The translations under genes were made by a program, and so were the position numbers. A stretch of 64,000 nt of DNA from Nageia nagi. Its lineage: Eukaryota > Plantae > Pinophyta. Below, in pieces: positions 43,836 to 55,324 of the stretch (its first letter is position 1; every line of letters begins with the position of its first letter). The stretch lies in the NCBI GenBank assembly GCA_050084985.1, contig JBITNC010000001.1, forward strand, positions 76,074,001-76,138,000, given 5' to 3'. The notes below the pieces were generated by a model. The model was not told the DNA's origin. It did no database searches and saw only the letters and a list, made by a program, of their open reading frames with translations.

Positions 43836-46800
43836 TTAGCTCTGCAGACTCAGGATCTGCTCGACTTTATTCCAATTCGCCGGGATCCCGTAAAAATCTT
43901 TCAGCCTTGCTTGCGCTAAGGCTGTATGGTTCAGCACCTCATATGATATATTTGCATGTCTCCTCAGCAACTGCTGTATCCTAAAGCTGCCGTCGGCCAA
44001 AGAATCAAAGAATTTTACAAAATTTGTCTCATCGAAGGACACCAGGAGTGTATCAACATCATCCGTATTCTGAATCCTATTCCGCAGACTACTCAAAAAA
44101 TCAGCCTCTGTGACGAGTGAGCCGTCGCTTCTCCATAAGTCTGGAATTCCGGACGCATTCAACCCTTGAATTTCTGATTTTAGAGTCTCCATCTCTTGCG
44201 TCCGGCGTAGGACATTATTACGAATCTCCTGACAAACCCATTTACCCCTCCCTGGGTAATCAATCGCCGACATGAGCTCCACTCGGTCACCAATGTTATA
44301 TGACTGCAATTTCTCATTCGAGAGGCTGTTTAGTCTTTTATTTGCCTGCTTAGCCTGTTCTGAAATGGGGTTCAGAATACTCTCACATCTCGTTACCTCG
44401 GCTTCGAGCCTTTTGAGCTCTGATAAGCACAACTCCGCGTGATCCCTTAGACGGATCAAGTCTTTTATTTCTTGCATCTTCAATTCCCAAAATTTTTCTT
44501 TGGTATTCAACAGAAAAGATCTGTCGACCTTTTTAGCATCCAGCCTCGCTTGGAGTTCCGCCAGGTTAGAGTTCAGGTTGCTGATTTCTGCTGCCTTGGC
44601 ATTTATTTCCGCCTCCTTTTGAGCGAGGATAGCCTCCTTTTGGACGAGCATATCTGCCGTAGGGGCAGCCGCTAAACTAGTCTGCAAAACTGTTATGTTA
44701 TTCTCCGCCGCTTTCAGCCTTATTTTATTGTTATCTAATTGCAGCTTCATGGCCTCATGGGCCTTTTGCAGCTTGTGGTACCTGACCTCCAATTTGGTGA
44801 GTTCGGTTATATTGAGGTCCACAGCTGTTTGCAGGAGCTCATTTTTATCGCTCCGTGGGATGCTGCGGGTATCTATTCTGACCCGTGTATTCATTGATGA
44901 CGGCTCACCCTGCCCCTCTTGTGGGTCTTGGGCAATGGCCATTTCAAGCACTTTATTCTTTGGATCCATGGAGGTCCGGAATCTCACCGGATTTTCCGGT
45001 GGTAGGAGTTTTTCCATTTGCCTCTGCATCCATGCCTCTTGCCCTTGCTTAATTTGCTGATATTGCTGCATGATGCCTTTCACGGATACCTGTTGCCCGG
45101 AGACCATGATAAAGGGAGATTTTGAGCTCAACTCCTGAGATGCAGCAGCAACAATCTGTTGAGCCGGTGTGAAGGGGGCTAGCTTGGCTGGCCCCGGGAG
45201 TACTGCTTCCGGAAAGATCCGCTGCAGGAAGTGTTGAGATAGAGAGAGGAGCGGACGATGGAGGTGGGGAGGGTTGGGGTGATGAAGGTATTGTAATGAT
45301 GCTTGCGAGGGGAGGAATTTGTAGAATGGGTGTAGGAAGAGGGGGGCTCTGCCGTTGGGTGGACGGTGGTGAAATGAGAGATGGTATGTGTGCAGCTGGA
45401 ATAGCTGCTGGAATTGGGGGAAGGGTGATGGAAACAGAAATGGGAACAGTATGAGCCGGCAAAGCAGAAGAAAGAGAAAGAGGGGAAGAAGGAGTAGGAA
45501 GCGTACCTGAGGGCGTCGGGCTCCTCCTTCTCCTTTTAGGTGGTGGCGGTAGTGATGCCTTCTCCATCTGTGTTTTCCTTTTGGCCATGTAGACTCTTTC
45601 TGGCCTCTTAGTCACCGTCTCCGTGGAAATCTCCCTGATTTCCTCCTCATGTTGCTTTTCCCAGGCTGGTGCTTGAGACATAGCATGCCCCTGCTCTTCA
45701 CTGTCATCAGAATCTTCACCCGTAGGAACTTCTGTGGGATGTTCCAATTCCCACATCTCCTCAAATTTGTCGTCTAGATCAGATTCTAGAGGAGTGTTCC
45801 TATTCCCAGACTCAATCCTGTACTGGGTAAAGGCAGCTATTTTTTCTTCACTCCATCTCTGATCTCTTAGTGTTTTCAAAGCCTTTTTTGAGATGGAGTC
45901 GGTCTTCAGGTCAAAAACGGCTTTCCTGTTATAGAAACTCAGCCATGGCGGTAACAAGTCCTGGGTGATTACGGCGGTGGGCATCACCTTGTCTTCCTGC
46001 TCCGGATTTCGCCACTTAAGCAGCTCTGGCTTATTTTCGGCTCTAAAAGCCGGGGAATTGGGTTGGCTTCTCAGCTTCTTGCCAAAAATATCCTCTGGAT
46101 CATATAGACAATATGAACTCAATTCCTTCAATTTTAGTTTCAATAATTTGCCCCTTAAATAGTCGCTTGCTCCCCGGCTTTGGAGCACCAGGTCATGCAC
46201 TTTGTGGGGAGAGCATAGACTCCTCTCTTTTTGGCGGTAGCTCCGTATTTGGAGTCAATATAATCCATCTATCTGGCGTATTCCACACTGAAAATCCAAT
46301 CAGTCACATGAACTGGTAGCAAAAACGGGGCCCCGGAAAACCCATACAGTCTTATGAAAGTCCCATTTTCCGCAAAAAACCAGTCCCCGACCTCTCCATG
46401 GGGCATGCGGAGGTATAGTTTGGAGGCTGTTGATAACCTCGGAACTGTGGGGGTTAATAGACCCATTGCTGGAACTAAAAATTTCTCCACAAAGGAGTAG
46501 TAATTTGCCGAAGACCTCACCTCCTCGGTCCACTTGTCCACTGGCTTCTGAGACCCATCTTCATTACTCTGGACCAGGGTTAAATTTTTGAAAACCTCGG
46601 CATTTTGATGAATCATCATCCAGACAATGTATGATGTATAAGCAAAATGAAATCCATCGCCAATCCTTGCTAGCTGTTCCGATATTCCATCCGAAAGGGC
46701 ACTAGACCAGTCATACATTGCGGGAGAAACTGGGTGAGAAATCCGATAAGCTATAACTAACCTTGAAGGTGAGACATATCTATCTGTTTCCTCCCCTGCT

Positions 46801-47318
46801 GCTATGGCTAGCATGGACAATAGTAATTGCAGATGTGCAGAAAAGTTTGAGAGTGGGAGTTCAGAACTGGGGAACTCTCTAAACTTTGCGGAACCGGCTG
46901 TATTTTTATTTAGCCAAGCAGTGATATTTGCTCTTAGGTTGGCGCTAGGTGTGATATACCAATCAATTTGCATGAGGGGAACCATAGGAGGGGGTGGACT
47001 GAAAGCCTCCGCTATTGCAACAGAATCCAAATTTAGGATAGTTCTACCTTGCAAGTCTCTGACTCTCCTAGTTGCAGGATCGAATGCCCCTCTTATGATT
47101 TCTACCAACTCGGGAGCAGGAAAGCATCTATGAGGGATGAAATGCATGAGACCCGAACCCATTGGGGAATGAGCTATATGATTGAAGCTGAAGTTTGGGC
47201 ACTTACCTTCCGCAGTGCCCTTGGGGTTCTTGTTCGGGGCTGTAATCTCCGTATCCCACAATAACTCCATGGAATCTGATACCTTCTTTGCCGTCTTCGC
47301 CACTGATCCTGAGCTCAT
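43836..47318 (-). CDS. Accessory ORF of ~1160 codons (globular N-terminal region, acidic/basic patch, Pro/Ser linker, coiled coil), interrupted by one stop and two frameshifts
   Basis: The 361-, 383- and 431-aa ORFs join: TAG at 46269-46271 followed by in-frame MDYIDSKYG, a 1-nt loss near 46201-46209, and a 1-nt gain probably in CCCCC at 45174-45178. First ATG 47318. Confidence 0.75.
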
Positions 47319-47854
47319 TCTTGTTCGCTTGGCACCTTGCGCTGTGCTTATCAACCTTCTTGGGCCACTGCTTATGCCTCAAACTCGGATTCTCTTGCTC
47401 TGTTTCACAGTTCCTGGCGATGCTCAGTAAGCGCTAACTTTGCAAATTGGTGAGCCAAAACTTTCTATGAATACTAGCATATAGGTGTCTTGGTAAGTAG
47501 TGCTCTGGGTCTTTTAACAGCTCACTTGAACGCACGATCTTTCGAAGCGAGGGAAATCAACTCACGACAGCCGCATTAATAACTGATTTGCCGTTTTACG
47601 ATCTTTTCGGGAACCTTGGGATTTGATTGCATGTACCCTCTTGGAAACTTTTAATTCTGCCGGCGCAAAAAGGTTCCACTACTATTTACGTTACGCTAGT
47701 AGTAAATTACTGACAACAACCACTCGAAATAAATGCAACATCACACTATTTACAATATGTATACAAATCAAATTCCTTCTTCCCAACGGTCACTTTCCCG
47801 CGTTGGTGGGCTTCAGAAAAATTACTGTGTCCGCTGGTGTGGAATTCATCAAGT

Positions 47855-49121
47855 TCACGTTCCGGCTTTGTCATCCGCTACGCCAGGCGGAGGAATACCT
47901 CCACTCCTCGACAGATACTCTTGGTATTGAAAAATAGGGCAGGTTGTTTGTTCATGAGCATCATTACAAGCCAAACACAACCCATTAGCCGCCCCGGAAG
48001 TGGAAGCTTGGTCCACGTCCTCATTCAACACATGTTGAGCTTTCTCTACAGCAGGGTAGGGATATCTTCTGGCATTATTTTGTCTGGTCAACACGGTAAT
48101 CTGGTTTGCCATATTTCTACACAAGTTCCGGAGTTCCTGAATTTCTGTAGATGATGCTACTCCTTGGTTCATATTAGGCTGATGTGGAGCTGGTAAGGCC
48201 AAGGGAGCTCTAGGAATTGGCAAATTTGACGACCAGGGTTGAACAGGGACAGGAATATTAGCCAGAGGCGGGACTGAACTGATTACCGGAGGTCTCAAAA
48301 TTTGCTGTTGTGTTGTGGTTATTGGGAAATAGGGCATTGGCATACGGCTTGGTAATTTCCCAACTGCAATAAGGCATGATTCAGCATATACTGCTTGTCT
48401 ATAGACCTCCGGGAAAGTATTCACTCCGGAATTTTGGATTTGCAGAGAGAGATCCGGAGGAAAGGCTCTCAAATAATACATTAAGGCTTGGAATTGCTGA
48501 GGCCTGACTGGCATGGGTACTCTCGTCCATGTTTTCTGGAATCTAATGTTAAAATCCGGGATGTTCTCTTGTTCAAAACCTTTTGATTGACGTGAACTGA
48601 GTGAGCAGAGAAAAGGGATCCCCTAGTTCATTAAACTCCAGGATAAAGGGCTCTGCCAGTTGAGCCCAGGTACTGATGGATCCATTAGAAAGGCCCCTGT
48701 ACCAATCCAGGACCTTTCCTTTGAAAGACTGAGCCAGTAATCTCACCATAACATCTTCATGCTGAATATTGTGAATCTTTGCTAGGCCGGCTACATCCAC
48801 ACAGTGCTCATAAGCCGTTTTTTCTGAAGTTGCATCAAACTCCGGAAGGGTTTTAAAAACATTTGCTGGGATATCATGTAATACCGCCAGAGCTATAGGA
48901 ACTCCATTGTCCCATTCCGGATAAATATTCTGAGCTGGATTAGCCATTCTAGGGAAGGTATCTCTAGTATGAAGATTGGATGGTTCTGGCTTGATAGAGG
49001 ATTTTAGGGAGTCGACACTATTCAGAGACTTGGACTTGATCAGGGTCTTTCTCCTAGGAGTATCTAACTTCCCAAATTCCGGTTCTTCTTTTGCTGCTCT
49101 AGTTTTAGATCTTGTCCACAT
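47855..49121 (-). CDS. gag: Retrotransposon Gag (~421 aa) with one frameshift
   Basis: LPEFD...HEDVMVRLLAQSFKGKVLDWYRGL...ISTWAQL..FILEF capsid motif. Removing one T at 48575-48578 gives IKRFEQENIPDFNIRFQKTW, joining the 219-aa ORF. Zn-knuckle CLACNDAHEQTTC (CX2CX3HX4C). Confidence 0.88.
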
Positions 49122-49239
49122 AAACTCTAGATTGCAAAAGAAAATGACAGGTTCAAAGCACCTATGATATTCATAAATAATTTGCTTTAATACATACCAT
49201 GGATGGTGCTTCAGCAGAGTCGCCAATAAATTTCTTCGT

Positions 49240-49257
49240 GTCCCACCGGGCGTGCCA
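49240..49257 (-). other. Primer-binding site TGGCACGCCCGGTGGGAC (tRNA-Arg type, Ogre-like)
   Basis: TGG-starting 18-mer 11 nt inside the 5' LTR. The plus strand reads GTCCCACCGGGCGTGCCA, a tRNA-like 3' end. The tRNA identity is from recall. Confidence 0.8.
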
Positions 49258-49268
49258 AAAAGAAATAC

Positions 49269-50722
49269 TGTTGATTGAGATTGTGTAATATGTGCGCCTG
49301 GAACAATCTTAACCAAAGTAGTTCACGAACAGACTGTAGGACGCAGCCTGATCTCCGGAGAAGGCCGGTTCCTTATCCATTGGGCAGAGAAAAAGTAACA
49401 GGAAAGAGATAAAAAGAGTAGGGAGCGAGAGATTTAAGCAAAAGGATAGGGTAACAAGAAAGGAAGTAAAAGGATAGGGTAACAAGAAAGGAAGTAAAAG
49501 GATAGGGTAACGAGAGAGAAAGCAAAGGGGTAGATCACTAGTTCAGCGCGGGCTTTCGCAGTGTGCGAAACCTTGGCCTGAATCTAGTGTCGCAGCCACA
49601 GAACAAGTTCTCACTCTCTGAATAGCTCCCCAGCTTCTACTCTACCATGTAGCAGACACAGTTATACTAGCAACCCGCAACTATTACTCAGGAAACAAGC
49701 TAAGCTGCCACAATGTAACCAAATTAAGAATAACAATTACGAGTGCTAGACAAGAAAGGTCAAGATGGTTTCATAGTACCGGACTGAAGCTACAGGTCTT
49801 CGAGAACAAATGAAAAGGGCAATACTAGGCTTCCGACCCTAGTTTCTCTTTATTTTCATATATTTATACTGTGTTAATAACAGTTACAGGATTACAGAAT
49901 AGAAACGTTTACAAAACGGCCGCAAGATTCTGGCCTTCTTGAACTGATATCACCTACATATGACACTTGGCCGACTGTTACAAAATTGGGCAGATCGCCG
50001 ACGATTCGGTTCCCTGATGATGGCACTCAGGTATTTTGCAGACTTCCTTCTCTCCCGGAATATTCAATTCTCCAACTCGGACTCTTCGATCTTTCCTTGC
50101 GGCCTATTTTCCTCTGGGCGCGGTCTTAATCCCAAATGTTAATCTTTACCCTTCGCCTGACGTCAGTCTTGAATCTCCGGACTTCTTCATTCACTGGCTC
50201 CGGACACTAAATTACTCCTTGATGATGTCATCCATTCCGGGCTCCGGTTTGCTTTATGAATGCAAACTTCATATTTCCTTGTGACGTCACCTTTGAATCT
50301 CCGGAATTTCCCGCCCGCTGGTTCCGGATACTAAATTTCTCTTTGCTGATGTCATCTGTTCCGGGCTCCGGTTCTTATTCAAAATGTGAACGTCGTTTCA
50401 CCTGTGACGTCATCTCCTCCGGACTCCGGTTTCCTTTGCAATTATGAGCTTCTTCTTTTCCGTGATGTCATCTTCATATATCCGGAATGCTTTGTTTCCC
50501 GGAGACACTTGTGCTTACTTCGTCTTTTCCGGAACTTGGTCCTTGCCGAAAGATGAATATCTTATTCTCCGCCACATCACCATTTCATTCCGGAAAACTT
50601 TACTCTGATCCCGAGCTACGTTATCCGCTCCAAAAAACTCCAGAGAATCTAAGAATGAACCCATGGTTGAAATTAAGGTATACCGGGGCTTTAATAAAGA
50701 ATTTATTTTGTAGGAATCTACA
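49269..50722 (-). repeat. 5' LTR of the young element
   Basis: Exact 6981-bp offset copy of 42288-43741. Confidence 0.97.
49862..50470 (-). promoter_or_regulatory. Putative LTR promoter: TATA box and upstream bZIP-type motif array
   Basis: Minus-strand TATAAAT at 49862-49868; TGACGTCA at 50158, 50282, 50405 alternating with TGATGTCA at 50223, 50347, 50463. Confidence 0.55.
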
Positions 50723-53351
50723 GTTACTTCTATTTTTCAATTTTCCCTTGTTTAATTGTATAAATATGTGTAATAAGTTCAAGGAAGGATCCCAAACATC
50801 CTAGTATTATAATATTTTTTTTTTCATTTTATTGTATGGTATGAATAATGGATTCATGAAATCCACCATCTAGCATCTAGAGTTGTAACACTAAGTGTTT
50901 GGCACAATGTTAATCACCATTAAAGCCTATATAAAGTTTAAGTTTCATTATTATTTTAGATTCTATTTGAATAAGTGTTTTACATCATGTTAATCACCAT
51001 TAAATCATGTATAAAGTTTGAACTTTATTATTTTTTTATATTCTATTTTAATAATCTTGATTCTATTGTTATGGTTATTGGTATTGTTATTTGATCTAAG
51101 TTGTATATGAATCTAAAATTGGGTTATGTTATGTTATGTTTTATTAAAACTCTTCAAATTTCTCACTATGGATAACAAAATTTGTGGGGATACGACCTAA
51201 AAAATACCCTAGGAGGGAATAGTTCTCTAACCAGCCACATGCTTTACTAAAATCATCAAAAAGGATGTCAATAGTAGACATCGAGAATTACCTCATTGTA
51301 AATCCATGGCACTCAAAGACATTTGGAAATGAAAATCTCCTACTATATATATATTATATATAGTTTAAATTCTTTTAATTTTTTTATTAGAAATAATGAA
51401 TATATCTATTTTATTTAGCATTAAAACATAATATACATAACAAAAATTTTAATTATGATCAATCACGAAAGTAAGATTTAAAACTAAATTAATATTTATA
51501 TTATTTAAAAACTATATTAAAATTAAAATCTAAATTTTAATTAAAAAAATATAAAATACTCAAAAGAAATTATACAAATATCAATTTCACCAAAATTTAC
51601 AAGATTAATTATTTTTAATGCTAAATTAATTTTAACTATAAAAGATTATTTTCATATAAAATGTATAATTAACAATATATAATAAATGATAAAAATAATA
51701 ATAATACATGATAGAAATAACAAAAAAATGAAATAACACATACAAATATATAATGATATATACAACTCATTTCACCTCTGTTCATAATGTTAGAATAACG
51801 CAATTAATTCATTACAACTAGCTAGAGTCGGAAGGATGGCATATTAATACCCATTGAAATATTTATTGTCTAATTACCTTTGAGAAGAAGAGATTATGAA
51901 AGCAATAAAGATTCGTTAACATGTAGGACACAATATAAAACAAAAGGCTGTGTGACATTTCTGAAGCACTTAATCCACTACAACCAAGCAGAATAGACGT
52001 TAAAGGTGGGAAGGATAGGATATTCAGGATATTAATACCCATTCAAATATATACTCTGTCATCGTGTTTAGAAGAGAAGATTATGACAGCAATAAAGACT
52101 CATTAAGATGCAAGAGATAATATAAAACAAAAGGCTCGTGACATTTATGAATCGTTATTGCTTTTAATACGGTACAATGATGGCATTTGATGTGTGACAA
52201 CTTTTGACTAACTATTGAGGAATTCTATATAAAAATGGCCACTATGACACCACAATAGCTTAAAATATCACATAACTTGAGGTGGTGATAGGCCGGAATG
52301 GAATCATGTAAAGTCCGTGATTATGACTCGAAGTCTAAATATTTTGTGAAGTTGATGCCCATTCACTAAATGCGCCAATTCCAGATTCCTCTCACACACT
52401 TGCAGTGATTATTTTTTTTAATGTAGGTGGTATCCATAAGCCCCCATTATGTAAGCCTGGTACTCCCTCCCACCTTTTTTGAAGTGACATTTTTTTTGTT
52501 GGTGTCATGTGCGGTGGAAAGCTGACTTTTATTTTATTTGATATGCAAACTTTCATTGTAATTTCTGAATGTCAAAACCACAAATTGATTAATCCAGTTA
52601 GAAATTTGTGTTGTTTTTGCTTGAGGATGTCATGATGTGGTTACAGTATGGTAAACAAGTGCTTCCTTTGATTATGATGCATTCAAATAAAATTGTTGAA
52701 GTCAATTATATTTTATTAAAAAAAACTTACGATGTCATAAATACACTACGTGTTGGTAATTACAATATTATGATAAGCAGAAAGATTTATGCAATTGCAG
52801 TTGTGTTTATACCTGTGAATCCCATTTAATTTTATTAAAACATATTAAGGATATTACAAGGACTTCGATTTCATTATTCTTGGTGCATATACGATTTAAA
52901 CTTTGGTTTCTAACTTATCATGGTATATCTCAATCATACAACCAGAGCCCATTACTAGTTATCATGTTCCATATAATGTTTTGTTTTTATAATTATAACA
53001 TAACGTTCCAATTTTTTTGGCTTACATATACATTTTTTTATAAACATGTTCTAAAAGTCTGGAATACGTGATCTAAGGTGTAGAAATTAAAAAGATTCTG
53101 CCAGCTTTGTAGTTCTAAAAATGTATGGTTCTTTACTATTATCTCTAGCGTTTCCCGGGCAGGGCGTTACTTGTTAAATCATAAATGATCAATCTTTCAT
53201 CATGCACGACAAGTGTGACCTTGTCAATCCACGGCCAGTATTCCAATATATTTGTCTTTTCTTCTCCCTATCCTGTCCTACTATGATAAAGGAATTGCAT
53301 ACCATTTGAAAAACTCAATTTCACAAAAAGTGCTGGTAATTGTTTGAGAAA

Positions 53352-54997
53352 ATGGGGAAGATAGCAATAGGACGCGCGGCGGAGGCCACTCAGCCAGATT
53401 GTGTAAAAGCAGCACTTGCAGAACTTGTTTGCACTTTCCTCTTTGTCTTTGCAGGCGTAGGCTCGGCCATGGCAGTTGGTTAGTTTCTTGGCTTAAATTA
53501 ACTCTTACTGCTACTAGTACTTCTCATCCCATCTACATAAATTACTATAATTAAATGAGAAGGATTCTCATTTTTCAAGTTTTCTGAAAAAGAATTTGTT
53601 TCTGTAAATCGTTCATCTAGTTGGCTACTTCACATTATCATCCTTAATGGTTCTACAAGCAGTTTTTTTCAATTTATACATGGGTTTCTTAGACCTGCAA
53701 TTTTGTTTTTTAATAAAAAAAACAGTATATGATGTGTCCAAATTTTCTGTAAAATGTTATCTGCTGCTCTTATGTTGTCCAAGTATTCGGCTATTCTACA
53801 TCCTAGAATTATCTATTCTACATTTTAGGTTGATGTTTTTTAAGATTTTATAGTGTAGAATGTTGCTGTACTATGAGTTTTAACTCCAACGTAAATTATT
53901 TGTTTATGTAAATTCTCAGTTGGTTGAGTTCATCATGATCTTGTTGTATTTTGTGTCCCATATTCGATTCTCACTATTAAACATAAGAACCTACTACAAT
54001 CATCTCATGGAAGATTTTAATATACTTTACCTTTTCTCTTTATTTCAAATTAAGATGCTTTTGCTCAGAAATTTCGCCATAAGCAACCTGAATACCCCAA
54101 AAAGTTGCCATGTTCGGTCAAAACGCATCATCCAAACAAAATTCTTTCTATAGTCTGTAATTTATTGTGCATAGCTTATACTGTTTTGAACATTTTCTTG
54201 TTTTGCTAATTGTCAGTATATCATTAATCCTCCGATTGAAAAAACTAATAGGGAATGGAATGTTAAGTGCAGATACATTAGGTGGTAGCCCAGCACTGTC
54301 TCTTGCAATAGTGGCTCTCACCCATGCCTTTGCAGTCTACGCCATGATCTCTGCCGGTTTTCAAATCTCGGGAGGCCATCTGAACCCTGCGGTCACATTG
54401 GGCTTAGCAGTGGGAGGCCACATCACCATCCTCAAGTCTATAATCTACTTTATTGCACAGCTAGCGGGCTCCGCATTAGCTTGCCTCCTGCTCAAATTTG
54501 TGACAGGAGGACTAGTAAGAATAGCCAACTTACCTACACATTAAATAAAACTACTCATTCTTAGATCTGTAAATGCATATTTTAAAGAGAACCCTTATAT
54601 ATTAATATTACGGGTTTGACAGGAAACTCCAATTCATACGTTGGCTAAAGGAATTGGATACTTTGAAGGGGTGGTGATGGAGATAGTACTAACTTTCTCG
54701 TTGTTATTCACGGTGTATGCAACGGCAGTTGATCCAAAGAAGGGATCCTTGGGGATGACAGCACCTCTCACTATAGGGTTGATTGTGGGTGCCAATATAA
54801 TTGCAGGGGGTGCATATTCTGGAGCATCCATGAATCCTGCTCGTTCATTTGGGCCAGCACTTGTGAGCTGGGACTGGACTGACCATTGGGTTTACTGGGT
54901 CGGTCCACTGGTCGGAGGGGGTCTAGCTGGTTTAGTGTATGAGAATATTTTCACAAGCGAACCATCATATGCCCCTGTATCTCCTGCAGAATTTTGA
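53352..54997 (+). CDS. TIP4: Tonoplast intrinsic protein aquaporin, TIP4-like, 247 aa; exons 53352-53478, 54273-54514, 54623-54997
   Basis: [17 protein letters not shown]...[12 protein letters not shown]; [10 protein letters not shown] and [12 protein letters not shown]; GT-AG introns with consistent phase; ar/R filter H-I-A-R. Subgroup assignment by recall of the N-terminus. Confidence 0.95.
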
Positions 54998-55010
54998 TTA
55001 TACTCCATCG

Positions 55011-55280
55011 CTGCTGCTCTTGTTTGTGTAATGGTGACAAGATTCTGAAGTAATTTATTTCTAGCTCAGCCTCTGTTTTTTAAGGAAAGCTAATAATATG
55101 TGAATAGGGAATTTCTGTGTGTCTTGTGACGTGGGTATTATTAATCTGTTGCTCTTGTTTGTGTAATGGTGACAAGATTCTGATGTAATTTATTTATAGC
55201 TCAGCGTCTGGTTTTTAAGGAAAGCTAATGATATGTGAATAGGGAATTTCTGTGTGTCTTGTGATGTGGGTATTATTAAT
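55011..55280 (+). repeat. 135-bp tandem duplication in the 3' UTR of TIP copy 1
   Basis: 55011-55145 and 55146-55280 are near-identical; copy 2 has a single unit. Confidence 0.9.
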
Positions 55281-55324
55281 CAACGGTGTAAAGGATTGTA
55301 GAAATATGCTGTTAATAATTGTAA

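Larger units (their letters stand above)
42288..50722 (-). mobile_element. Very young pol-less LTR retrotransposon (Ogre/Tat-like gag plus large accessory ORF), 8435 bp
   Basis: 1454-bp LTRs (TG...CA) with two differences seen (42990 T/49971 C; 43419 G/50400 A). Perfect TSD GTTAC (42283-42287, 50723-50727). Minus-strand PBS and gag; CpG-rich. Confidence 0.97.
39086..51165 (+). mobile_element. Old non-autonomous Copia derivative (gag N-terminus only); its 3' LTR is split by the young element
   Basis: LTRs 39086-39636 and 42082-42287 + 50723-51165. Degenerate PBS TGATATAAAAC, gag start MDNNTNLPIPKFEGDY...WNIKMDTFL...LWDIV at 39788, PPT AGGGGGAGAA (42072-42081), degenerate TSD TTACG/CTATG. Confidence 0.8.

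Noticed and set aside
43836-45131. Captured host myosin/SMC-like gene or viral envelope
   Set aside because: Coiled-coil character is generic, the ORF is continuous with the upstream element ORF, and no TM anchor or signal peptide is evident.
46201-46271. Programmed readthrough or frameshifting
   Set aside because: No canonical readthrough context or X XXY YYZ slippery heptamer at the junctions; mutation or assembly error is simpler.
49122-49316. N-terminal extension of the 247-aa gag ORF
   Set aside because: It runs through the LTR end and PBS; ATG 49121 or 48947 is the more plausible start.
54167-54272. N-termini of the 125-aa ORF and of the 115-aa ORF at 62150
   Set aside because: Intron read-through; the true exon 2 starts at the AG acceptors (54273, 62221).
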